Assembly (NCBI GenBank): GCA_965204615.1
Contig: OZ242000.1
Coordinates: 319,020-383,019 of the forward strand
Source: Acidimicrobiia bacterium
GTDB lineage: Bacteria > Actinomycetota > Acidimicrobiia > Spongiisociales > ZC4RG35
Direction of reading: 5' to 3'
Length of the DNA: 64,000 nucleotides
Of the stretch, positions 56,593 through 64,000 are shown in pieces. Under the pieces are notes generated by a model. That model was not told the origin of the DNA, did no database searches, and was given only the letters and a program-made list of their open reading frames with translations. A program made the position numbers and the translations under genes. Each line of letters begins with the position of its first letter. Positions within the stretch are counted from its first letter, which is position 1.

Positions 56593-57606
56593 TCAGAGCG
56601 CCGCGGCCCTGGACTCGAGTACCTGGTGGGCGCCACCGTACGCGGCTGTCTCGGGCAGCAGGCTCTTGGGGACCTTGCAGGTGACGGTGTAGACGGTGTC
56701 GCAGACGTTTGCTATCGGAGTCAGAGCAGCCTGTGAGACGAGTTGGTAGGCGTCCATGGTGGAGAGCTCGAGAAGAGACGCGATCCACCGCACCATCTCG
56801 GTGAGGGCGATGCGGAAGGCGTCCTCCAGGGGTTTGGTGGAGCCGGTGGTGATCAGATAGTCGTCCGTCTCGAGTCGCGGCCAGGGGGTGTAATCGCCGC
56901 GGATCACATCGACGACCAGGACCGTGTTCATCGAACACTCCACCGCAACTCCGCACGCCTCGCCCTCTCCCTGCCGGGCGTGGCCGTCGCCGATGCTGAA
57001 CAGCGCTCCCGGCACGTTCACTCCCAGATAGCAGGTGGCGCCGGCCCGCATCTCCGGGGTGTCCATGTTGCCGCCCCAGGCGCCGGGGGCGAGAGAGTTT
57101 CGAACCTCGTCCATGGCGGGAGCAACCCCGACCGTTCCATGCATCGGATCCATGGGCAACGGCAGCCGCAAGTCGCCGTCGAGCGCCTGGTAATAGACGA
57201 GCCGATCCTGGTTGTCGAGGTCGTAGACCCAGGTCCGCTCGTCCAGCGGGGGCTGCAGCGTGGCGGTGTCACGGCTGCTCGTGAGGGCGCCGAAGAACGG
57301 GAAGGTGGCGCTCACCCCCCAGGACTCACTGGGCTCGATGCTGATGAAATGCACGGCCAGGGTGTCTCCGGGCTCTGCGCCCGAGATGTAGAAAGGGCCG
57401 GTCTGGGGATTGATGAAGCGGAGGTCGCACACCTGGGAAGGAAGGTCGGAGGTGGTGCGGACGCGTCCGGCAAAACAGTCTCTGGTGGCCGTGGAGAGCA
57501 TTTGCCCGGGTTTCAGTTCAGCGACCGCCTCGGCGCCGCCGAAGGTGTAGACCAGGCTTGAGAGCGGCGCATCAGGGTCCAGCGGGAACTCGACGAATTC
57601 AACCAC
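56593..57606 (-). CDS. acetamidase/formamidase family protein
   Basis: Motifs are NPQTGPFYISGAEPGDTLAVH, HGTVGVAP, GGNMD and GALFSIGDGHARQGEGE, a pattern typical of the FmdA_AmdA family. Confidence 0.88.
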   Translation of the reverse strand: MVEFVEFPLDPDAPLSSLVYTFGGAEAVAELKPGQMLSTATRDCFAGRVRTTSDLPSQVCDLRFINPQTGPFYISGAEPGDTLAVHFISIEPSESWGVSATFPFFGALTSSRDTATLQPPLDERTWVYDLDNQDRLVYYQALDGDLRLPLPMDPMHGTVGVAPAMDEVRNSLAPGAWGGNMDTPEMRAGATCYLGVNVPGALFSIGDGHARQGEGEACGVAVECSMNTVLVVDVIRGDYTPWPRLETDDYLITTGSTKPLEDAFRIALTEMVRWIASLLELSTMDAYQLVSQAALTPIANVCDTVYTVTCKVPKSLLPETAAYGGAHQVLESRAAAL

Positions 57607-57657
57607 GGGCGGGCCTACCCAGGTAGCAAATCCGGCGGATCGTCACACTCGAAGATG

Positions 57658-58926
57658 CTAACAAGTCCCCGGTCGGGACGGCCTTGCCGGACGGTCCGCG
57701 ACCAGGGCGGCCAGCACCGTGGTGATAGGCACGGCCGCCACCAGGCCGATCGATCCGCACAGTGTACGGACGATCTCCACGGCGATAATCTCGGAGTTGG
57801 CAACCATCACCAGCGACTGGTTGGACACGGCCAGCAGCATCAGGAGGGGAAAGCTGGCGCCTGCGTAAGCCAGGAGCAACGTGTTCACGGTGGAGGCGAT
57901 GTGTTCCCGCCCCACGCGGACTCCGGATGCAACCAACTGCCGGGTCCCCAGAGCGGGGTTGCGATAGTGGAGTTCGGCCACCAGCGCTGCCTGCGTCACC
58001 GTGATGTCGTCCAGGGCGCCGAGGGCGCCCAGCACCGCCCCGCCCAGGATCAGGGAGGCGAGATCGATGCCTCCGGTGATGAAGGGGAGAGTCAGGGCCT
58101 CCTCGCTGGCGAGTCCCGTGAAGTGGGCGAACTCGAAAAAGGCCCACGACAACACCAGAGTGAGCCCGAGCGCGGAGAGCGTTCCGGCCAGGGCGACGGT
58201 CGTGTTGGAGTTGAATCCGTGGATGAGATACAGGCTTACGAAGGCGATTGCAGAGGCGGCCACGACCGCCACCAGCAGGGGATCGTTGCCGTCGAGTATC
58301 GACGGCGCCACGAAGGCGACCAGCACGGCCACCGTGCCGGCCATTCCCAGCAGGGCCAGCACTCCCCGGCGCCGCCCGAGGGCGATCACGAAAACGGCGA
58401 ACAGCGCGGTGAGCCAGGCGAGCGGGCTTCGCCGGTCGGCGTCGGCGTAGAAGTAGAAGTCGGTAGCCGGTTCGTAGCCGAGGATCAACTTCTGGTCCAC
58501 CACCAGGTCGGGCACCGTGGCGGCGAAGGAGAGGTCGAACTCGGTCAGCGCCACTACTTCTCCCTGGGCGGGACCCTCATCGACCACCACCGTCACCTGG
58601 CGACAGAAGTGGGGATTGTCGTCAGTGGAGTAGGAGCACGGACCGTCGCGGACCTCCTGGACGGTGGCGCCGTACCGCTCGGTGGCAAGCCCGATCTCCG
58701 CCGCGCTCTCGGTGGCGGACTCCAGTCCTCTCTCGGTGGGCCACAGCGCCGCCGTCCCGAATGCGGTGGCCATGGCGGTGATCAGCACGAAGGCCAGCAC
58801 CGCCTGCAGCCCGCGATGGGACCTCCAGGCGCTCCATCCGCTGTCCAGGCGGTGTCGGCCCGGATTACTCGGGCGGGGGTACTCCTCCTTCCCGCCCGGT
58901 TGGTCGTCTTCTCTCACCATCCACAC
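57658..58926 (-). CDS. YibE/F family membrane protein
   Basis: After the first TM segment there is an N-terminal extracytoplasmic domain, followed by a multi-TM core. The segment DDITVTQAALVAEL...REHIASTVNTLLLAYAG is typical of YibE/F. The exact start is uncertain. Confidence 0.85.
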   Translation of the reverse strand: MWMVREDDQPGGKEEYPRPSNPGRHRLDSGWSAWRSHRGLQAVLAFVLITAMATAFGTAALWPTERGLESATESAAEIGLATERYGATVQEVRDGPCSYSTDDNPHFCRQVTVVVDEGPAQGEVVALTEFDLSFAATVPDLVVDQKLILGYEPATDFYFYADADRRSPLAWLTALFAVFVIALGRRRGVLALLGMAGTVAVLVAFVAPSILDGNDPLLVAVVAASAIAFVSLYLIHGFNSNTTVALAGTLSALGLTLVLSWAFFEFAHFTGLASEEALTLPFITGGIDLASLILGGAVLGALGALDDITVTQAALVAELHYRNPALGTRQLVASGVRVGREHIASTVNTLLLAYAGASFPLLMLLAVSNQSLVMVANSEIIAVEIVRTLCGSIGLVAAVPITTVLAALVADRPARPSRPGTC

Positions 58927-59113
58927 GAGAGATTAGGAGACAACCACCTCCTATTCCGTTCCGCCCTGTTTGGCTGCGGCGCCGGATCGACCCTTCCCCG
59001 GTCCGGACGCGGTGGGGGAGAGGTGAATCGAGAGCGCACCGGTAACCCTGAAAGGGAGCCGCTTCCATGGGCTGATATAGTCCCCGGAGAGGTCATCGAC
59101 CAAGAGAGTTGAG

Positions 59114-60757
59114 ATGCCGGCCTTAGCCTACGCGAAGGGTGACACAGTCAAACCGTTGTTGGGGGAGACCATCGGTCGGAACCTCGAGGAGGTGGTCGCC
59201 CGGTTCCCCGACCGCGACGCGCTGGTCTCGATCCACCAGGGGATCCACCAGACCTACCGGGCCTTCAACGAATCGGTCGATCGACTGGCCATGGGTCTGC
59301 TCCGCCTCGGCCTGGAGGTGGGCGACCGGGTGGGCATCTGGAGCCCGAACTGCGCGGAGTGGGTGTGGCTCCAGTACGCAACCGCCAAGGTGGGCGTGAT
59401 CCTGGTGAACATCAACCCCGCCTACCGGACGCATGAGGTGCGATACGTGCTTGCGCAGTCGGGATGCCGAGTGCTGGTCTCGGCTCAGCATTACCTGTCG
59501 TCGGACTACCGGGCCATGGTCTCGGAGGTCCGGGGCGATCTTGATGGCCTCGAGCAGGTCATATTCCTCGAGACTCCGGAGTGGGATTCCCTGATGGAGC
59601 CTGCCGACGATGGTATGGAAGAGGTCCTCTACGAACGGATGGCGGGCCTGCACCACGACGACCCCATCAACATCCAGTACACCTCCGGCACCACGGGGTT
59701 CCCCAAGGGCGCCACCCTCAGCCACTCCAACATCCTCAACAATGCCTTCTTCATCGGCGAGGCGTGCGCCTACACCGAGGAGGACCGGGTGTGCATCCCG
59801 GTGCCCCTGTACCACTGCTTCGGCATGGTGCTGGGCACGCTGGCGTGCACCACCCACGGATCGGCGATCATTCTCCCGGGCCTGGGATTCAATCCGGAGG
59901 AGGTGCTGTCCGCGGTGGAGGGGGAGAGGTGCACCAGCCTGTACGGGGTGCCGACCATGTTCATCGCCGAACTGGCCCATCCCGATTTGGAGTCCTTCGA
60001 CCTGTCGTCTCTTCGCACCGGGATCATGGCCGGGTCGCCCTGCCCGGTGGAAGTAATGAAGCAGGTCATCTCCGACATGAACATGACCGACGTCACCATC
60101 GCCTACGGCATGACCGAGACCTCGCCGGTGTCAACCCAGACCAACACCACCGACACCATCGACAGACGCGTCTCGACCGTGGGCCGGGTCCATCCGCACG
60201 TGGAGATCAAAATCATCGATCCGGGGACCGGCGACACCGTGGAGCGGGGCAGGGACGGGGAGCTGTGCACTCGCGGCTACTCGGTGATGCTGGGCTACTG
60301 GAACGATCCGGAGAGGACCGCCGATTCGATCGACTCCCGGGGGTGGATGCACTCGGGGGACCTGGCCACCATGGACGCCGAAGGCTATGTGAACATCGTC
60401 GGGCGGATCAAGGACATGATCATCCGGGGCGGGGAGAACATCTACCCGAGGGAGATCGAGGAGTACCTGTACGGGCATCCCGCCGTCGAGGACGTCCAGG
60501 TGATCGGCGTCCCCGATGCCAGGTACGGCGAGCAGGTGATGGCCTGGGTCAGGCTGCGAGAGGGCGCCGAGGTCACCGAGGAGGAGATCAAGGACTTCTG
60601 CCGGGGCCGGATCGCCCACTTCAAGGTCCCGTATTACGTGAAGTTCGTGGAAGACTTCCCGATGACCGTCACCGGAAAGGTCCGCAAGGTCGAGATGCGC
60701 GAGGTCTCGGTGGCCGAACTGGGCCTCGAGACCGCGGCCGAGATCGAATCCGCCTAG
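59114..60757 (+). CDS. AMP-dependent acyl-CoA synthetase/ligase
   Basis: The AMP-binding motif is [18 protein letters not shown]. Also present are [17 protein letters not shown] and GKVRK at the C-terminus. Confidence 0.92.
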   Translation: MPALAYAKGDTVKPLLGETIGRNLEEVVARFPDRDALVSIHQGIHQTYRAFNESVDRLAMGLLRLGLEVGDRVGIWSPNCAEWVWLQYATAKVGVILVNINPAYRTHEVRYVLAQSGCRVLVSAQHYLSSDYRAMVSEVRGDLDGLEQVIFLETPEWDSLMEPADDGMEEVLYERMAGLHHDDPINIQYTSGTTGFPKGATLSHSNILNNAFFIGEACAYTEEDRVCIPVPLYHCFGMVLGTLACTTHGSAIILPGLGFNPEEVLSAVEGERCTSLYGVPTMFIAELAHPDLESFDLSSLRTGIMAGSPCPVEVMKQVISDMNMTDVTIAYGMTETSPVSTQTNTTDTIDRRVSTVGRVHPHVEIKIIDPGTGDTVERGRDGELCTRGYSVMLGYWNDPERTADSIDSRGWMHSGDLATMDAEGYVNIVGRIKDMIIRGGENIYPREIEEYLYGHPAVEDVQVIGVPDARYGEQVMAWVRLREGAEVTEEEIKDFCRGRIAHFKVPYYVKFVEDFPMTVTGKVRKVEMREVSVAELGLETAAEIESA

Positions 60758-60836
60758 CTGACTCCCGTACCGCCAGGTTGCCCGGCGCAGCCCTGTGAGG
60801 GTCCCGACCCTCCAGTGTGGAGCCTGGAGGGTTTCC

Positions 60837-61613
60837 CTATTTCGAAGACCGTCTCATGTAAAGGTTCTTGTGCCCGCCTATTGCTCTCTCACGAGTCTCG
60901 AATATGTCGGGTTCCGACTTGACGAGGAGCGACAATCGTGAGTAACCGTAGGTCCGAGGATCAAACGCGGGATCCAGTTTGCGGATCTGGGTACCGACGA
61001 TGCTGAGGATCACCCAGCCGTCTTCTTCTGTACCGGTCTCTATAGCGGTCTCCACGGCACGCTCGACCGTGGTGACCCACTTCGAGGGCTGTGAGGGAGT
61101 AATCCGTTCTTCCGGTACTCCCTCCGACGAGGAGAGATTCTCGGTGTAGACAAACACCTCACAGGCGTTGACCAACGAGTTCGGGGTTTGCATACGGCCT
61201 ATCCCCATTACGAAGAGTCCCTCTTCCCGCATGCGGGTAGCCAACCTGGTGTAATCGCTGTCGCTGGAGACTATGCAGAATCCATCAACCGTGCCGGCAT
61301 GCAACAGGTCCATGGCGTCGATTATCAAGGCGCTGTCGGTGGCGTTCTTGCCCACCGTGTACCGGAATTGCTGAATGGGTTGGATGGCGTAGGTCTGCAG
61401 AACCTCTTTCCACCCGGACATGTGAGGTGTTGTCCAGTCCCCGTAAATGCGCCTGGTGTTGATACTGCCGTGCTTGGCCACCTCCGTCAGTATCGGCTGG
61501 ATCAGGGACGGTTGTGCGTTGTCCCCATCCACCAGTAGCGCAATGTGATCGGGGGGCGAGTTCTGCGGTGGCATGGGCGTAGGCCTACTTTCTGGCCATG
61601 GTGGATCACCCAT
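60837..61613 (-). CDS. NYN (LabA-like) ribonuclease domain protein with a C-terminal OST-HTH/LOTUS domain
   Basis: NYN motifs are IALLVDGDNAQ, RRIYGDW, KNATDSALIIDAMD and IVSSDSDYTRLATRMRE. The OST-HTH-like C-terminal segment is GWVILSIVGTQIRKLDPAFDPRTYGYSRLSLLVKS. GC is lower than in the neighbouring genes. Confidence 0.85.
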   Translation of the reverse strand: MGDPPWPESRPTPMPPQNSPPDHIALLVDGDNAQPSLIQPILTEVAKHGSINTRRIYGDWTTPHMSGWKEVLQTYAIQPIQQFRYTVGKNATDSALIIDAMDLLHAGTVDGFCIVSSDSDYTRLATRMREEGLFVMGIGRMQTPNSLVNACEVFVYTENLSSSEGVPEERITPSQPSKWVTTVERAVETAIETGTEEDGWVILSIVGTQIRKLDPAFDPRTYGYSRLSLLVKSEPDIFETRERAIGGHKNLYMRRSSK

Positions 61614-61855
61614 CCTACCAATCCACGCCCGGATTCAGATTGTCCCATAATCAATCTTATGTTAAGTTGTTCCACAACCCAGGTAGCCCGAACCGGAATG
61701 TGGATGATGCTTGGGAGCCTCTGGGGTATGGGGCAGACGACAATTGACAAAGAGAGGCTCCCTGGAGCCGCGGATAGCCCCGGTGTCGGCGCCCGCTCCG
61801 CTGCCTTAGGTCTTTCCTAAGACGCAGACGGAGGGTTGAGCGTTACTCCCGATCC

Positions 61856-63001
61856 TCAGAATGCGGTGGCGCCGTGGACGGCCTCCAGACGATGGATCCG
61901 TTCGTACTGGAGGTCGGAGGTTCCCGCGGTGAGGAATTTGGTCTCCTGAAGCACGGATTCAAGGGAGAAGAGCTTCACGAAGGCATCGCTGGTCGGCTCT
62001 CCCCGGTCGGATGCCGACCAGCACACCATCACACCCGACTTGCCGGCCAGGATGGCTTGAACGGCCACCAGTCCGAATCGACTGGCCAGCATCCGGTCGC
62101 GAAAGGTCGGGTTCCCACCCCTGACGATGTGTCCCAGGACGGTGGCCCGAACCTCGACGTGTTTCATGTCGGCCACCGCATCCGACAATTCCGCCACCAG
62201 GGTCTCCGTGGGGATCTTCACCCCCTCGGCTTTCAACACCAGCACGCGTCTCTTCTGCCGGTGTCCCGAAAGGCTGTGGCGGACCATGCGTTCCAACCTC
62301 TCCACGACTCTTTCGGGCTGCGGGTTCTTCTCGGGGAGCAGGACCGCATCGGCCCCGGCGGCCACCGCCCCCGCCAGAGCCAGATAACCGCAGTCGCGCC
62401 CCATCACCTCCACGATGAAGGCGCGATGATGGGAACGGGCGGTGTCACTTATGCGGTCGCAGGCATCCAGGATGGTGTTCAGAGCGGTGTCGACCCCCAC
62501 CGACTCGCGGCTGTGGCCGAGGTCGTTGTCGATGGAGGCCGGAATGCCCACCACCGCGATCGGGTGTTCCGCCCACAGGGCATGGGCGCCCTCCATGGAT
62601 CCGTTTCCACCTATGACCACAAGAGCATCCACTCCGCAATCATGCAGCGCCCGGGCGGCGCGGCTTCTGTGTTCCGGATCGAAGAAGCGGGGAGAGCGTC
62701 CGGTGCCCAGCATGGTTCCCCCCTGCCCTCCGACCCTGGGAAGCTCGGGGATTGGCCCCAGCCCTCCCGTTTGTGGATCGGGTTCGACGAGGGGTCGGAA
62801 GTTCCCATTGATCAGTCCTTCATATCCCTCTTCCACTCCCACCACTTCTACTCCCGCCGAAGCCGCCACCTGCACGGCCGAGGCAATCGCGGCGTTCATT
62901 CCGGGAGCGTCGCCTCCCGAGGTCAGGACGGCCAACTTGGCGATCTGTGGTTTGGTCGTGTCACGGGGCAAAGGGAACAGGTCGGGGTAGCGGGCGTGCA
63001 A
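61856..63001 (-). CDS. pfkA: 6-phosphofructokinase (ATP- or PPi-dependent)
   Basis: Motifs are LAVLTSGGDAPGMNAAI, VVIGGNGSMEGA, IPASIDND, VEVMGRDCGYLAL and LGHIVRGG. Confidence 0.9.
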   Translation of the reverse strand: MHARYPDLFPLPRDTTKPQIAKLAVLTSGGDAPGMNAAIASAVQVAASAGVEVVGVEEGYEGLINGNFRPLVEPDPQTGGLGPIPELPRVGGQGGTMLGTGRSPRFFDPEHRSRAARALHDCGVDALVVIGGNGSMEGAHALWAEHPIAVVGIPASIDNDLGHSRESVGVDTALNTILDACDRISDTARSHHRAFIVEVMGRDCGYLALAGAVAAGADAVLLPEKNPQPERVVERLERMVRHSLSGHRQKRRVLVLKAEGVKIPTETLVAELSDAVADMKHVEVRATVLGHIVRGGNPTFRDRMLASRFGLVAVQAILAGKSGVMVCWSASDRGEPTSDAFVKLFSLESVLQETKFLTAGTSDLQYERIHRLEAVHGATAF

Positions 63002-63151
63002 GAGGACCAGAACTTCACTTTACCGCCATTGCGGTACCGCTGGCCGCGTCGATTACCGGGCACGAAGTACCCCACCCTCCCCCGCCCTGTTCGAAGGGAC
63101 GCGGCGTGCGACAGCCTGCCGGAGGGTACTCAGGGTGTTAGCCTTCCCGAG

Positions 63152-63814
63152 ATGACGGGTTTGCCGCCTGGGCGACAGGTTGCCGTGTTCGCAGGTGGCG
63201 ACCCTCCCCCGGTGCAGGCCGCCCGGTGGATTCCTCGAGGGACCTTCGTGATCGCCGCCGATTCGGGGCTCGACCACGCCCACCGCTTGGGCTTCGACGC
63301 CGACCTGCTGGTGGGTGACCTCGACTCCGTTTCGCTGGGCGCTTCCGAACGCCATCGGGGCACGGTGGAACCCTACTCGGAGAACAAGGACTACACGGAC
63401 TTGGAGTTGGCTATGGAGGCGGCCCGGCGGAGAGCGGACATGGTGGTGGTAGTGGGCGGTCACGGTGGGAGGCTGGACCACCTACTCGGCAACGCCGAGT
63501 TGCTGGGCGACCACCGCTGGGCGGGTTCGGAGATACTGTGGCTTGCCGGAGAAGACCTGGCAACCGTGGTTCGCCTGCAGGCGACTCTGTGCGGCAAACC
63601 GGGAGACCTGGTGTCCCTGATACCGGTGGGCGGTCACGCCATCGGAGTTACCACCAAGGGCCTGCAGTGGTCCTTGCAAGACGCCACTCTGGCGGCTGGA
63701 AGCACCCGGGGCATCTCCAATCGTTTCACCGAGACCGTGGCGGAACTCATCGTTCGCCAAGGGGTGCTGCTGGCCATCCAACCGGGAGCGGTTCTAACCG
63801 GAGCAGGAGTCTAA
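63152..63814 (+). CDS. thiamine pyrophosphokinase
   Basis: Track ORF 61874..63814 was trimmed to the ATG at 63152, because the upstream 426 codons are antisense to pfkA. Motifs are VIAADSGLDHA, LLVGDLDS, KDYTDLELA and VVGGHGGRLDHLLGN. A C-terminal thiamin-binding beta domain is present. Confidence 0.85.
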   Translation: MTGLPPGRQVAVFAGGDPPPVQAARWIPRGTFVIAADSGLDHAHRLGFDADLLVGDLDSVSLGASERHRGTVEPYSENKDYTDLELAMEAARRRADMVVVVGGHGGRLDHLLGNAELLGDHRWAGSEILWLAGEDLATVVRLQATLCGKPGDLVSLIPVGGHAIGVTTKGLQWSLQDATLAAGSTRGISNRFTETVAELIVRQGVLLAIQPGAVLTGAGV

Positions 63815-63906
63815 CCTTCAACTAGACCCCTGGATCTAAACATTTACTTTACAGTTACGCTGCGGATTGAGGGCAAGAGGAGGCTGTCTCGTGGTCCCCA
63901 GCCCCT

Positions 63907-64000
63907 TCATGAGTAGACGCCCGGGTTCGCGCACCAGGGCACGCGTTCTCCGGCGACTCCGGCAAGGAGATTCTCCACCGCTCGGGTGGCCATGGCCAAT
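63907..64000 (-). CDS. 3' end of an unidentified gene entering from beyond the window
   Basis: The reverse frame reads ...LAMATRAVENLLAGVAGERVPWCANPGVYS* and has high third-position GC. It is too short to assign. Confidence 0.25.
   Translation of the reverse strand, partial: LAMATRAVENLLAGVAGERVPWCANPGVYS

Noticed and set aside
57655-59112. 485-aa + strand ORF.
   Set aside because: It is antisense to the YibE/F membrane protein gene, and its His/Gly/Arg/Gln-rich composition has no fold signature.
61874-63151. N-terminal 426 codons of track ORF 61874..63814(+).
   Set aside because: They are antisense to pfkA and have no motifs. The thiamine pyrophosphokinase homology starts right after the ATG at 63152.
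1-64000. CRISPR arrays, rRNA and tRNA genes, and integrase or att-site signatures for the low-GC islets.
   Set aside because: No regularly spaced short repeats, no T-arm/anticodon-arm cloverleafs and no tyrosine/serine recombinase ORFs were seen by eye. The islets therefore have no identifiable mobility gene apart from the IS110 stump.

Overview
High-GC, actinobacterial-style chromosomal segment; the uvrC-rapZ...pgk-tpiA...secG order suggests an Acidimicrobiia-like organism, but this is a guess. No rRNA, tRNA or CRISPR array was found by eye.

Content falls into four groups.

(1) Core genes: uvrA, uvrC, rapZ, pgk, tpiA, gpmA, secG, pfkA and a thiamine pyrophosphokinase.

(2) A large block for peptide, cyclic-amide and N-heterocycle catabolism:
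- a Dpp/Opp-type ABC importer translationally coupled to a hydantoinase A gene
- M19 and M20 peptidases
- a NicX-like ring-cleavage dioxygenase plus an SDR
- two tandem amidohydrolase paralogs
- one hyuA followed by three tandem hyuB paralogs
- a formamidase

(3) A recurring cell-surface theme: four secreted proteins with triple SLH domains, including two roughly 760-aa paralogs, an SLH-Big2-DUF3472-like protein and an SLH-PD40 propeller protein. With them is a CsaB-type pyruvyl-transferase fused to a glycosyltransferase.

(4) Several lower-GC accessory islets interrupt conserved gene order:
- a single-gene ABC-ATPase + DUF4435/Toprim-like fusion (OLD/PARIS-like defence candidate)
- an EEP nuclease / RNase H islet upstream of uvrC
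- a DUF433/DUF5615 toxin-antitoxin-like pair between rapZ and pgk
- between tpiA and gpmA, a perfect 7-1-7 Fur box in front of a His-rich secreted protein, an IS110 transposase remnant and a 159-bp duplication

Many very long ORFs in the track (up to 1110 aa) are antisense shadows typical of high-GC DNA and were rejected. All family assignments come from motif recognition by eye, and none was checked against a database.
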